A stretch of 64,000 bases of DNA from Octopus vulgaris (lineage: Eukaryota), in assembly GCA_951406725.2 (NCBI GenBank), contig OX597821.1:44392001-44456000 (forward strand). Reading direction: 5' to 3'. This document shows, in pieces, positions 41,426 to 54,392 of the stretch. Positions within the stretch are counted from its first letter, which is position 1. Each line of letters begins with the position of its first letter. Made by a program: the position numbers and the translations under genes. The notes below the pieces were generated by a model, which worked only from the letters and a program-made list of their open reading frames with translations, did no database searches and was not told the origin of the DNA.

Positions 41426-42214
41426 ATTACTAGTTATAGGTCATATATCATAGGGCACAGGGTAATTAACATAATTATGTTACCCCACCACTCCCTAAAG
41501 TCTAAGACCTCATTTGACCTGTCCACTGCTCACTTGGGGGTGGTACCAACTACATTGAGAACCTCTGTATTAAAATATGAGAGAAAATATTAAACATATG
41601 ATAGTTAACAGTTGGTTAAATAAAAGATGGCTGATGCTGGAAAATTTTTCAGGTAATTTTTGTTTTAATAATTTTGAGGAGAAGACTTTCAATCTCTGTA
41701 GGAATTCTTTCAGATATGGGATTGGTTTTTCTTCAATAATCTCTTCTGTTTTATGCTCTCTCTTATAGGAACAGAACATGTTTATCATTGATAGTGTGTA
41801 AACACAAGCAGAGTGGAGTGTGAACAGGAACATGGTATATTGTAGTGTATAATAGGGTAAACATTAATATCATTTTATGAAATAGATGTGTTTGTGTTAT
41901 AAAAGGGAGATGTTTAAATGGTTGTATTATATTATCTATATATTAAATACTGTTAGAATGGAGGACTATGCAAAATGTGAAAAAATATATTGGAAGCATA
42001 TCTTAAATATATTTCGTTTGATCAAACATCATATTAAAGAGGGATAGCTCCCAGCTCAGTCCTGATAGAACAGACCTCTGATTAATACCAATCCAACCAT
42101 GACTGCCTCATCAAGATCACATCCAAAGTGATCTTCTCTTTTTAAAAGGACAAGTGTGATTTAAGAGAATGTGGTTGTCATTTTTAGCAGACCAAACACT
42201 CACATTTGGTCATT

Positions 42215-42266
42215 GGTTGTTCTGATGAGCCGTGTTTGAAGAAACCTATGACATGGTCAAACAATC
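42215..42266 (+). ncRNA. Type I hammerhead ribozyme motif, stem II degenerate
   Basis: GGTTGTT-CTGATGA-GCC(gtgttt)GAA-GAAA-CC(tatgacat)GG-TC-AAACAATC: perfect core, GUC triplet, stem III ACC/GGT, bulged stem I; stem II 3' arm reads GAA instead of GGC. Confidence 0.55.
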
Positions 42267-42949
42267 AGAACTAACAAGCTAACCTAATTTCACAGACATG
42301 ATCAACTCCTATTTGTCTTTATTTACCATGGAAACATATTTTACTGAGCAAACTTTGTTAGCTCTAATCTCACTAACAAATACCAAAAGAAAATGTAAGT
42401 GAAATATTTTGTAGCTTTCCTTGACTATATCGCTATTAATGAGAAGACAAAATAGAGTTTGCTTCCATATAATTCTTCTTTCTTCACTATGAGGGTTTCA
42501 ATCTTCACAGCTCAATTCAGAGCTCTTCCCTCAGCTCATGGGAAACACTGTACAAACTTCCTCAATAGCTTTACAATCAACATCTTCAAATGTCAGGAGC
42601 TGTGTGTGTACATGTGTGCGTGCATGCATGTGTGTGTGTGAGTGAGTGAATGAATGCAAATATGTGTGAATGTTGACATCTCTTGGCTTGCCTTGAGCCA
42701 AAAGGTCATATGGTAATTATATTCTTTGTTGACATTAAGACCAGTCACTTACAGTTTTCAAATTTCTGTGGCATAAAAAAAATTATTTACATGTAAAACA
42801 GGTATGGGTTAGTGACAGGAAGGGCATCCAGTCATAAAAATCATGCCTCAAATACATCTCCATCTAACCCATGCAAGCATGGAAAAACAGTTGTGAAACA
42901 AACGAAGAGATAAACAAATGAAATAGTTCAGATACTAGGGATCTTTGCA

Positions 42950-43104
42950 TAGGCATAGGAGTGGCTGTGTGGTAAGCAGTTTGCTTACCAACCACATGGT
43001 TCCAGGTTCAGTCCCACTGCGAGGCATGCCTCAGGCCGACCAAAGCCTTCTGAGTGAATTTGGTAGACGGAAACTGAAAAAAGCCCGTCGTATATATGTA
43101 TATA

Positions 43105-43162
<58 letters not shown>

Positions 43163-43557
43163 CAAGTGAGGATCAGAATCGAAATCGATCAATGGAAATT
43201 GCAGATGAGTTACCAGTGCCGGTGACATGTAAGAGAACCATCCGTTCATGACCGTTGCCAGCGCCGCCCCGACTGGCCTCGTGCCAGTGGCATGTAAAAA
43301 GCACCATCCATTCGTGGCCGTTTGCCAGCTCTGTCTGGCATCTGTGCGGGTAGCACGTAAAAAGCACCCACTACACTCACGGAGTGGTTGGCGTTAGGAA
43401 GGGCATCCAGCCGTAGAAACACTGCCAGATCTGACTGGGCCTGATGAAGCCTTCCGGCTTCACAGACCCCAGTTGAACCGTCCAACCCATGCTAGCATGG
43501 AAAACGGATGCTAAACGATGATGATGATGATGACGATGATATATATATTTGTGTGTG

Positions 43558-43594
<37 letters not shown>

Positions 43595-43790
43595 CTGTAT
43601 ACGTTTGTGTATCTGTGTTTGTCCCCCAACATTGCTTGACAACTGATGCTGGTGTGTTTACATACTCGTAAGTTAGCGATTCAGCAAAAGAGACTGATAG
43701 AATAAGTATAAGGCTTACAAAGAATAAGTCCTGGGGTTGGTTTGTTCGACTAAAGGCAGTGCTCCGTCATGGCCACAGTCAAAGAGTAAG
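42950..43790 (+). mobile_element. SINE family B split by an RTE-tailed element (43161-43540) inserted in its internal (TA)n
   Basis: SINE head 42950-43090, (TA)n, insert ending in (GAT)n, (TA)n, SINE 3' half 43590-43790. Confidence 0.85.
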
Positions 43791-44269
43791 GTAAAACATG
43801 AAGACATGTTGTTAGGTCACGGTATTTTAGATGAAGCACTTCCTCATTTGTATTTCACAGTTTCTTTTTATGATGATACTAGATTCTGCCAGCTTGCTGC
43901 CTTTGATAACTAATAATGATAATAATGGTTCCAAATTTTGTCACTATGCCAGCAATTTTTACAAGAAGTGAGTTAATTAATTGCATCAACCCCCAGTACT
44001 TCTCTGATACTTTATTTTATCAATCCCAGAAGGAAGAAACACAAAGTTGACCATGGCATGATGTGGACTCAGAACTGGAATAAATACAGCAAAGCAATTT
44101 TTCTGCTAATTCACCATCCATTGTTGAGTAAATATAACAAGAAAAATGTGAAGCAAACTCAATGAATTACTATTAGCTAAATGACCCTCTCAGGATAACA
44201 GTAAAATAACTGTTTCATTGTTAAGTTGATGTTAAGAAACAGAATTTAATGAAAGAGGTACAGCTATGT

Positions 44270-45050
44270 CAGAGGAAGGTTAACTGGGAAACTAGTTTTT
44301 GTGTGTGGAAGGTGCACAGGTACAATAAACACTAAAAATGTAAAGGAAATATACTCCATCAACCGCCAGAGGGGGTAAGCTAGAGGTAGCAGATAGCTTC
44401 TGTTGTCTAGGTTACCAAGTCAGTAACAGAGGTAGGATGCTCTGAGATATAGTTGCTAAAATAAGAATAGGTTGGGAAAAGTTCAGAGAACTTCCACTTT
44501 TCTTGGTTTCAAAGGCTTCTCCTTCAGAGTGAATGGCAGATTGTATGATGCCTGTATGTGAACAGTCATGCTACATGGTAGTGAAACATAGGCTGTGACT
44601 GCAAAGGATATGTCCAGGCTTGAAAGAAATGGAGCTAGTGCACTTCGCTGCATGTGCAATGCCAGTGCTCATGTACAACAGAATGTAAATGTTTTGAGAG
44701 TAAAGTTGGGCATAAGAGGTATCAGATGTGGTGTGTAAGAGAGACGACTGCATTGATATGGTCATGTGATGTGTATGGATGTGGATGTGAACAGCTGTGT
44801 GAAGAAGTGCTGATCTCTACCACTAGAAGAAAGCTGTGTGAAGAGGGAAATCCAGGAAGACATGGGATGAGGTGGTGAAGTATGATCTTCAAACACTGGG
44901 CCTTGCGGAGGCAATGACTAGTGACTGCCACCTTTGGCGATATGCCATGCTTGAGAAGATCTGTCGAGTCAAGTGAAATCATAGCCATTGTCAGTGTCAC
45001 ATAACTGGCACCCATACCAGTGACACGCAGAAAGCACCTTTTGAGCACTA
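44270..45050 (+). mobile_element. RTE-clade LINE 3' fragment
   Basis: LEVADSFCCLG, IRIGWEKFREL, GRLYDACM*TVMLHGSET, LERN, ERRLH*YGHV motifs, then 3' UTR. Confidence 0.85.
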
Positions 45051-45825
45051 GAGCATGTGTGTGTGTGTGTGTGTGTATCCTCCTCCTCTTCATCATCATC
45101 ATTTAATGTCCATCTTCAATGTTTCAACACTGGCATAAATTGGATGACTCGACAGAAATTGACAAGCCAGAGAATAATGTCAAGCTCCAATGACTGACAT
45201 ACACATATGCACACATACACATCCAATGACATACACACCTAATAACACAAATACACACACACACACACACACGCATTCATATGTAAGCGTGAGTGATCAC
45301 TAAGTTCCAATGTAATCAATCTAATCTATTTAATTCATTACTACTGAATGTAAAACCTTTGTTCAAGAATCTTCATCTGGCAACAAAAGCAGCAGCAGTA
45401 GCAACAGAAACAGCAGCAGCAGCAGTATTGTAGATAAAGAGATAACCTAGTTTAATTATATCAATAAATTCTCACAAATATTTACAAGATCACTTTAACA
45501 GATTCCGCTACTAACATCAACAGATAAGTCATTGATTTGTGTCTTAGACACAAGAATAATTTTCACAAAGGAACCATATTCTTTTAGTGGCTTCAGTGTT
45601 TGGACTGTGGCCATGTAGTGGCACCATCTTCAAGGGGTTTCAGTCAGTGATATCGACCCCAGTATTTACTGAAAGTCTACTACTTATTTTATTGATTATT
45701 ATTTGTTGATTGGCTCAGTTAGATTCTTGATATAGCACTGGTTTTGGCAAACAGCAGTATAGTATCAAAGACATAGACACAAACGTGCATACACACACAC
45801 ACACACACGCACGCACACACACATG

Positions 45826-45856
<31 letters not shown>

Positions 45857-46833
45857 GCACACACACATGCACACTTTCACTTACACATAAACATATATTC
45901 ACATACAGACCCACACATACACATACGCATACATACATGCATATCATCATTATCATCATTATCATTTAAACATGTTTTCCATGATTATTTTTTCATGATT
46001 ATTTTAACCAGATGGAGTGTGTCGAGACACATTTTCTATAGCTGGATGCACTTTCTATTACCAACCTTCACTCATTTCCAAGCAAAGTAATATTTCCTTA
46101 TGGCAGAACATATTTTAAGGAAGACTGGAAACAAAAGGCATCACTAGTATGACAAAGATGCTCATAGTCAGTTAATTGGTAATATCATGCTGCACACACC
46201 TACACCCACATGAACACAGATATATGTATGTGCATGTGTGTGGGGGAGCATGTGTGTGTGGGGGGTCATGTGTGTGTGTGTGAATAAGTAGTGATATTAA
46301 TTTCTATCATGGCATATTGAAGATGATTAGTCTTTTATAGGTTCAGCACATTAATCTGAAATGATTGATTGTCTTACCTATCATGTGAGTTTTGAACATT
46401 GGTTGAGTCTTGTTCTTTGATTGGTTGAGTATTGCATGGGATATGGATCAAAGATCCAATCACACTGCATGTAATGCATTCTCAAATAACTAATCTGCAT
46501 GCATTCTGGAGCCTACTCTCCTTCTATAAATTGTTGTAACAAATCATTTATGAGGAGAGAGGTGAGCAACTTTTATGAATGTGACTCGTGTTATTTTCCT
46601 GCCATTATTCACCAGAGGAAAAATTAATATAAAAGAACACATGTAACGAATGACAGCCCAAGCTTAATTATCCAAACGATGGATGAACTATACAGCCACC
46701 AGAATTTGTGATGTTTTATTTGGTCCACTGTACTATTTAAGAGAAGAATAAAGTCTTGCTGTTATTTTTAAAGAGCGTTTCTTGTATTATTTCCAGGAGT
46801 GAACACACAACATATATTACATAATGGTATGCA

Positions 46834-47070
46834 AGGTGGCAAACTGGCAGAAATGTTAGCACGCTGGGCAGAATGCTTAGTGGTATTTCATCTGTCTTTA
46901 CTTTCTGGGTTCAAATTCCACCGAGGTCGACTTTGCCTTTCATCCTTTTGGAGTTGATAAATTAAGTACCATTTACGCACTGGGGTCAATATAATTGACT
47001 TAATCCGTTTGTCTGTCCTTGTTTGTCCTCTCTGTGTTTAGCCCCTTGTGGTTAGTAAAGAAATAGGTAT
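46834..47070 (+). mobile_element. SINE family A
   Basis: Full-length copy; flanking direct repeat GGTATGCAA (46826-46834, 47066-47074). Confidence 0.9.
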
Positions 47071-47158
47071 GCAATATTCTGTAGTAAAACTAAGCAAGGC
47101 TTAATACCACCCTTTAAAACTGCTGACCCCAAACGAGAAACAACCTTATATATATATG

Positions 47159-47217
<59 letters not shown>

Positions 47218-47309
47218 ATATATATATATATATATATATAAAGACAGGTGCATTTATGCAGCACTGACATAGGTGCATTAATACTGCACCAGCATGAGTG
47301 CTTTTTAAG

Positions 47310-48290
47310 TGGCACCAGCACCTGAAAGGAGAAGCCTGTATGTATGGATGACAGTGATTTTACTTAGCTTGACATGTCTTATCAAGTACAGCAAATCACC
47401 ACATCTCTTGGTCCCTTGTCATTTCCTCAGTGAGGCCCAGCATCTGATGATTCTTTCACACCACTTTGTCCCACATCTTCCTGGGTTGACCCCTTTCACC
47501 GGTATCCTCCACAATTAGAGCTCAGCTCTTCTTTATGCAGCTGTCCTCATCCATACACATTACATGACAAAACTAGTGCAGTCTTCTCTCTTGCACACAT
47601 CTGATGCTTCTTATACCCAATCTTTCTCTTAAAACTCTTTCACTCTGTTGCACATGCACACTGACATTGCCCATCCAGCAGAGCATGCTAGCTTCATTTC
47701 TTTCAAGCTTTCTCAAGTCCTCTGTAGACAAAAGCCTATGTTTCACTGCCATATAACACAGCTGTACGTACACAGGCATCATACAATCTACCTTTCACTC
47801 TGAGGGAGAAGCCCTTAGTGACCAACAAAGGTGGCAGCTTTCTGAGCTTCACCCATTCCATTTTTATCCTAGCAACTACACCTTCAAAACTCCCTCCCTC
47901 ACTGCTAACTTTATCCCTTAGGTAACAGAAGTTATCTACTACTTCTAATGATCCACTGAAGCATTTAGGAGAGCCTATTGTCTGCATATTTGCGGCGCTT
48001 ATTGTACTTGCACATTTACCACATTCTCCATTAACCTTCCTTTGATACTGCTGCACCTCTTATATGTCCAAAGCTTGCATTGGGTACAATGGACGGAGTT
48101 TCTACCAACACCCTTCTTACATATATTATGCAGGGCCATCTCCCAGAAAGGATTTGTGATTTATCTATTTTCATATTTACTAGGACTTCGGTTTTTGCTG
48201 GGTTCCAGACCTTTTCACACCTGAAATTTCTTCTCTATATCAAGTAGTAATTCAGCTATGAGAACAAGGTCATCGGTGTAGAGGATTTTC
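47310..48290 (-). mobile_element. RTE-clade LINE fragment (RT catalytic motif to 3' UTR)
   Basis: ILYTDDLVLIAE (YADD box) at about 48255-48287; LEVVDNFCYL...VKGRLYDACVRTAVLYGSET; LERNEASMLCWM...QERRLH. Confidence 0.9.
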
Positions 48291-48479
48291 CCAACCACAT
48301 GATCCCAGGTTCAGTTCCACTGCATGGTATCTTGGGCAAGTGTCTTCAACTATAGCCTTGGGTCAACCAAAGCCTTGTGAGTGGATTTGGTAGACAGAAA
48401 CTAAAAGAAGACCATTATATATGTGTGTGTGTGCATGCATGTGTGCATGTGTAAGGGCTGTTAAGCCATAACAAGGTGA

Positions 48480-48522
<43 letters not shown>

Positions 48523-48619
48523 AAAGGATAAAACCACTTTAATGATTTTATCAAGTGGCCAGCATGTATTAAAACCATACAGGTAACAATTTATACAAAT
48601 ATATTATTATATAATGAAA

Positions 48620-49192
48620 TTATATTAAAGGGTGTGGATAAACCCCACCTACACACTAGAAATAGATGCTAAATGGCTCTAAAAACTATATCTACACTCC
48701 AGTAGCACAGGTTGTAAGCAGGCAGATGAATAAATGAATAAAAAAATTTTTTTAAGGCTCATTTTAGATCAATTTCTGGCTTAGGGTTGTAAAACTCCTA
48801 ACTGTCATCAGTATAACATGCAAATAGTATATAAATGCAAATATTTATACATACCCAAATGAACAAATTAGATTTAAATAGTGTAAATGCATGTATATAA
48901 TTGTGCAGATATATGTTACTCGTATAGGTATGTATAAATATCTGCATTTATATACCTAAGCCGGAAATCGATCTGCAATTAACCGTTTTTAAAAAAATCT
49001 TATTTATTTATTCTTAAAGGTAGTACTCCAGCATGGTCGCAGTCAAATGACTGAACCAAGTAGAAGAATAAAAAAATTCATTCATCTGCCTGCTAACAAC
49101 CTATGCTAATGGAATGTAGACATGGTTTTAGAGCCTTTTAGCATTTGTTTCTAGTTGTGTTGGTGGGGTTTATCCACACCCTTTAATATAAT
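48620..49192. mobile_element. Inverted-repeat element with hammerhead-bearing arms (probable inverted Penelope-like pLTR pair)
   Basis: 48620-48740 is the reverse complement of 49075-49192 (about 120 bp, clearly alignable). Each arm continues inward into the same hammerhead family. Confidence 0.75.
48761..48817 (-). ncRNA. Minimal type I hammerhead ribozyme motif (CpG-decayed)
   Basis: Minus: GTTATA-CTGATGA-CAGTTAGG(agttttacaac)CCTAAGCCA-GAAA-TTGA-TC-TAAAAT. The partner half on + at 48955-48979 reads CCTAAGCCG-GAAA-TCGA-TC-TGCAAT with a palindromic TCGA loop. Confidence 0.65.
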
Positions 49193-49199
49193 TAGATAT

Positions 49200-49460
<261 letters not shown>

Positions 49461-49954
49461 TGGATGTATATGGGTGCATGTGTGTGTGTGTGTGTATTAA
49501 GACTACCATTGGCTTCATGTTAAGAAAAATATCTTAACAGCCTAACAATTTTTTAAACCGTTCACATGGAGACAAACACCACTCCTCCATGTGATTGTCT
49601 AGAAAAAGTGGGAAGATATTAAGATATTTTTCTTAATATGAAGCCGGTTCAGTTTGCACTCATTCACTTCTTAATTATTTCCTAAAATTTTCGCTGCATC
49701 TTGCAACCTTTTCAATAGTCGTTCATTCTGTCTATTCTGTGAGCTGTGTTCTTTTGGTTTGTTTATGCACACATGTGTGTGTGGGTCATTATGTGTGCGC
49801 ATACACATATATATATGTATGTACATATGTATGTATGTGTGTGTGTGTGTGTGTATGCATGTATGTGTGTATGCATGTATGTGTGTATGTATGCATATAT
49901 ATAAATGTATGTATGTATGTATATATGTATGTATGTATGTATGTATCATGTAAC

Positions 49955-50018
49955 AACTTCACTGATGAGCTACAGATGATTACGTTAGCAATCATTGATA
50001 GCGAAATTTTATGGAGTT
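49955..50018 (+). ncRNA. Type I hammerhead ribozyme motif with long stem II
   Basis: AACTTCA-CTGATGA-GCTA..ATGATT(acgttagc)AATCAT..TAGC-GAAA-TTT-TA-TGGAGTT: 7-bp stem I, G-C closed extended stem II, minimal stem III, UUA triplet. Confidence 0.7.
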
Positions 50019-50500
50019 AATTGCTTTATTTTGTCTCCTTTCATTTGTCTTGCTCACATACACTCTGGTGTTTGCAAAAATTTTTCAGAACATATTCTTC
50101 ATGGTCAGATGATTTGGCATTTTCTTCTAGCATATTGGTGGCTATTCCTCCTATTTATATATGTATGTGCATAAGTTTGTATGGATTCTGCATATTCATG
50201 TGTTTGTTTGTTCGTGTTCATGTGTTTGTGTGTGTGTGTGTGTACCTCTGTCTCCTTGTGTATACATGCCTGAGTGCGTCTGTGTATGGGTTTTTGTGAC
50301 TATGTATGTGTGTCTTTTACATATGGATGTGTGTCTCCATATGCGTCCTTGTGTGTAGTGTGCATGTGTGTATATGGTCATATGTTTCAGTCTTCATTTG
50401 CATATGTATGTGTGTATGTGTACGTGTCTACTTATATTACCTATGTACATGTCTATCTATAAGTCTATCTGTTTACATCCATATCCATTTACTTATATGC

Positions 50501-50540
<40 letters not shown>

Positions 50541-51009
50541 GAGTAAACATTAGCCGGTGTTTATTCAAAGCAATGAATAACTTATAATGAAACCATGGTA
50601 TACTTTGTTTTCTGACTTTCTAATTATCTCATAATAATGACTTTTATGACTTTTATTACTACCTCAGTCCATCTAAATGTATATATCTGTCGTTACCTTT
50701 CATAAAAAGCCTTTTCTTTTTTTTATTTACAATGTACATTTTCATTGATTTTTCTTATTTTCCCCTTACATTTCCACGTGTATTTTATATTTTCTATTTG
50801 TAACATATTTCTACTATATATATATATATATATTAATATATATATATAGATATAGATATATATACATATATATACGTATATAAATACATACATATGTACA
50901 CACGCACAAACACACATATATATACATCTACATAAAAACCCGTTAACTATTCTATTTGTATATATACATAAACTGTGAGTATAGGGGTATGGTTATCTAC
51001 TATGCATAT

Positions 51010-51310
51010 TTCCTCTTTAATACTGGGTACTGGGGATGTTTCATTTATGATGTTTCTCCTGTATTTACCTAAGTGTTGGGTCCTTCGGGTGCTTCAATAA
51101 AATGCTGATGTCATGTTGACCCAGGTTGCCTCTATGTTGGTAGAGTATGGAAGACTGTTTTTTGTCATCATATTGTCTCAAATGTTCATTTAGTTTTTCC
51201 ACAATCCTCCTAGATGTCTCATCTATGTATACCATGTTCTTGTCTTTACAACCACCTTCTATGTACCTTACACAGTAGACTACATTTCTAGTACATCTAG
51301 AAATGTAGGC
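51010..51310 (-). mobile_element. Penelope-like element GIY-YIG endonuclease fragment
   Basis: CTRNVVYCVRY...MVYIDETSRRIVEKLNEHLR...SILYQH matches the PLE 'NVVY...C...YIGET.R.L..R..EH' signature. Confidence 0.8.
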
Positions 51311-51349
51311 TGAACTCTCGGCTCTCCAATGTCTCTGATGCTGCAAAGA

Positions 51350-52962
51350 CATTATAATAAAACTGGCTGACAAGGATGGAGCCATGATGGTGTGGTAAGG
51401 CTGAAGCTTTCCACCAACTTCAAGACACCTCCTTCTACTGCCCTCTGCCCTCCAACCCTATGCCTAGCAACTAACAAACGGTGTCCTCCACTATCCATGA
51501 CCTCATCTCCTCCTCCAGCCTCCCTTCCTCCACCCCCAACCTCAATGTCCACACTCCTTCCAACCCCACCATTTACTTTCTTCCCAATATCCACAAACTC
51601 TGGCTGCCCATCATCTCCACATGTAACTGCCATGGAACTCATCTCTAAATACCTCGACCATGTCCTTGCCCCCTAGTGGCTTCCCTTCCCTCACACATCC
51701 ACAACACTAACCATGCTCTTTGTCTTTTCAACTCTTTCTCCTTCCCTCCTGGCCCCTCTAAATGTCTCTTCACTCTTGATATCAAGTGTCTATATACGGT
51801 GATCTCACACTACGAAGGACTTGTTGCCCTCAAACACTTCCTAGACCTTTGACCCAAACTCCTACCTGACACATCCACACCTCTTCATCTGGCCGAACTT
51901 GTTCTCTCCCTCAATTGCTTCTTGTTCGTAGGGAAGTTTTACCAACAGATCTCAAGAGTGGCCATGGGAATGAGAATGGGCCCGAACTATGCAAACCTGA
52001 GGCCCAAATATTTTCAAGATTCACTAGTCCCACTCCCAAACTATACGGTCGTTATATTGATGATTGTATTGGTGCAACTTCACTCTCCTGCGAACAACTA
52101 GACTCCTTCCTCTCTTTTGTCCAATCCTTCCATCCTATCTTCGAATTCTCCTGCACCATTTCCAACACTTCTGTCGCCTTTCTCGACATTTCAGCCAACA
52201 TATACAACTCCACTCTCACTACCTCCATCCACTACAAAAACACTGACTCACACTCATACCTCAACTTTTCTTCCCACCCTACCCACACCGAGCTCTCCAT
52301 CCCCTACTCCCAATTCCTCTGTTCACTCTCTCCCTGCACCTGCCCCACCATTACCCCTCTCCCATTTCCCCTCACCTACCACGCCTCCACCCTGCCTCTG
52401 TAATGCACCATTCTCTGAGCCTTCCAGCGCCTCCAATTCCGACTCCTCCACTTCACACATCTTCTCCAACCTACCCCTCCTTCAAATGAGCCCACAATCT
52501 ACATGACCTCCTGATCCACAGTTTCTTTCCTAACCCCAGCTCCCAACCTGACTCATTCCCCTGCTCCCACCCATGCTGCTGTACTTTCCCCTACCTCTCC
52601 AACACCATCATCCTCACAGGCACCCACCATCATCCCTGTCATATCACTGACTCCTCTTTACATGCACTTCTAGCAACATCATTTACTGCATCTCCTGCTC
52701 TTTCTGTCCTTCTCTGTACATCAGTCAAATGGGATGCCACTTGGCTGACTGGTTCACAGAGCACCTCCAAAACATTAGACTCAGCAATGACACCCTGGTT
52801 TCATGCTATTTCCACTCTACTGGTCATTCCTTACAGCCCCTAGCTGTGTTTAAATTGTCTTTGTATAGGAGCCATCCAGACTCCTGCCTTCGCATGGAAT
52901 TAATCTTCTCTCTTTGCTCCTTTGCACCACATGGGCTCAACTCCCCTACCCTCTTCATCTGA
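51350..52962 (+). mobile_element. Penelope-like element ORF relic (RT plus GIY-YIG)
   Basis: IIKLADKDGAM, YFLPNIHK, LFTLDIKCLYT, AMGMRMGPNYANL, YGRYIDDCIG, VAFLDI, HYKNTDSHSYL, IPYSQFL, TCTSSNIIYCISC..C..LYI, FTEH, APHGLN, with frameshifts and stops. Confidence 0.92.
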
Positions 52963-53185
52963 ATCCCCTCCTCTCCTCTCTTCATCTCACACCTAATTCC
53001 TCTCTTCACTCCTACCCACCTCTCCTCTCCTCTCTTGCCCTGACACCTACTTCCTCTCTTCACTCCCACCCACCTTCTTCCTTCGTTGGTCCCCTCTCCA
53101 TCCACACCCCACCCCTACAGATAGATAGTGTCGGGGAGTGAACTGATACCCTCACACATGACTGTCAGTGGACTGTATGAGTCTT

Positions 53186-53235
53186 ATAACAGATGAGCCA
53201 GTAGACAGTTGTGGTTGAACCGTAAGAGTGTTAGT
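53186..53235 (+). ncRNA. Degenerate hammerhead relic at the 3' end of the Penelope-like element
   Basis: CAGATGA-GCCA(gtagacagttg)TGGT-TGAAC: both core boxes are mutated, but the position is as expected for a PLE 3' pLTR. Confidence 0.3.
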
Positions 53236-53381
53236 CTCGTTATTGATTCTTCATTGGGAGTATTGGATTGCTGTTGTGCAAATGGTTATAAGTAACTCTT
53301 GTTACACTGCTTTTGTTATACAGTTATATTTGATACTGTGATATATTGTTACACATCATAAATCATCACTAACGATATAAC

Positions 53382-53440
<59 letters not shown>

Positions 53441-53688
53441 CAGATAGACAGGTAGAAAAGTAAATAGGTAGGTAGATAGACAGGTAAATAAACACATAGA
53501 CACAGACAGACAGATAAGCTGTTAGAGTGACAGATAGACTGACAGACAGGCAGACAGACATAAATACATACAATACATACATGCATACATTACACACACA
53601 GTCACACACACATGCATAAAAATACATTCATCTATACACCCAGTTGCTTACTTAAATTTATTTCATTATTAATATTTTATTGATAAAA

Positions 53689-53905
53689 AGGTGGTGAAAT
53701 GGCAGAATTGGTATCACACCAGAAATAATGTTTAGTAGCATTTCTTCTGACTTTGCATTTTGAATTCAAATTATGCTGAGGTTGACTTTACCTTTCATCC
53801 TTTCAGATTCGATAGAATATGTATCAGTTGAGCACTGTGGTCGATATAGTCAACTTACCCACTCCCACCAAAAATTACTGACCTTGTGCCAAAATTTGAA
53901 ACCAA
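53689..53905 (+). mobile_element. SINE family A (older, alternative tail)
   Basis: Collinear with the 13488 element to the central motif, then tail CTTGTGCCAAAATTTGAAACC. Confidence 0.8.
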
Positions 53906-54020
53906 TATTATTTCATTGACCCAGTAACCAGGGAAATGAAAAACGTAATTAACACAAACAGGGATTGAACTTGCCATGTTATTGAATGAAAGTGGTGAAA
54001 ATAGTAGGATGAAAGCAAAT

Positions 54021-54392
54021 ATACCTATTTCTTTACTACCCACAAGGGGCTAAACACAGAGAGGACAACAAGGACAGACAAATGGATTAAGTCGATTGTA
54101 TCGACCCTAGTGTGTAACTGGTGCTTATTTAATCGACCCCGAAAGGATGAAAGGCTAAGTTGAACTCGGCGGAATTTGAACTCAGAACGTAGCGGCAGAC
54201 AAAATACCTATTTCTTTACTACACACAAGGGGCTAAACATAGAGAGGACAAACAAGGACAGACAAACGGCGACCCCGAAAGGATGAAAGTCAAAGTCGAC
54301 CTCGGCGAAATTTGAACTCAGAACGTAGCGGCAGACGAAATACCGCCAGGCATTTCGCCCGGCGTGCTAACATTTCTGCCAGCTCGCCACCA
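54021..54392 (-). mobile_element. Dimeric SINE family A
   Basis: Two tandem tails and bodies joined at AAATACC (about 54202-54208); flanked by GATGAAAG(C/T)AAAT direct repeat. Confidence 0.85.

Noticed and set aside
43441-43465. CTGATGA followed by hairpin AGCC-ttcc-GGCT
   Set aside because: No GAAA box; a variant of CTGGTGCAGCC in the RTE-tailed element.
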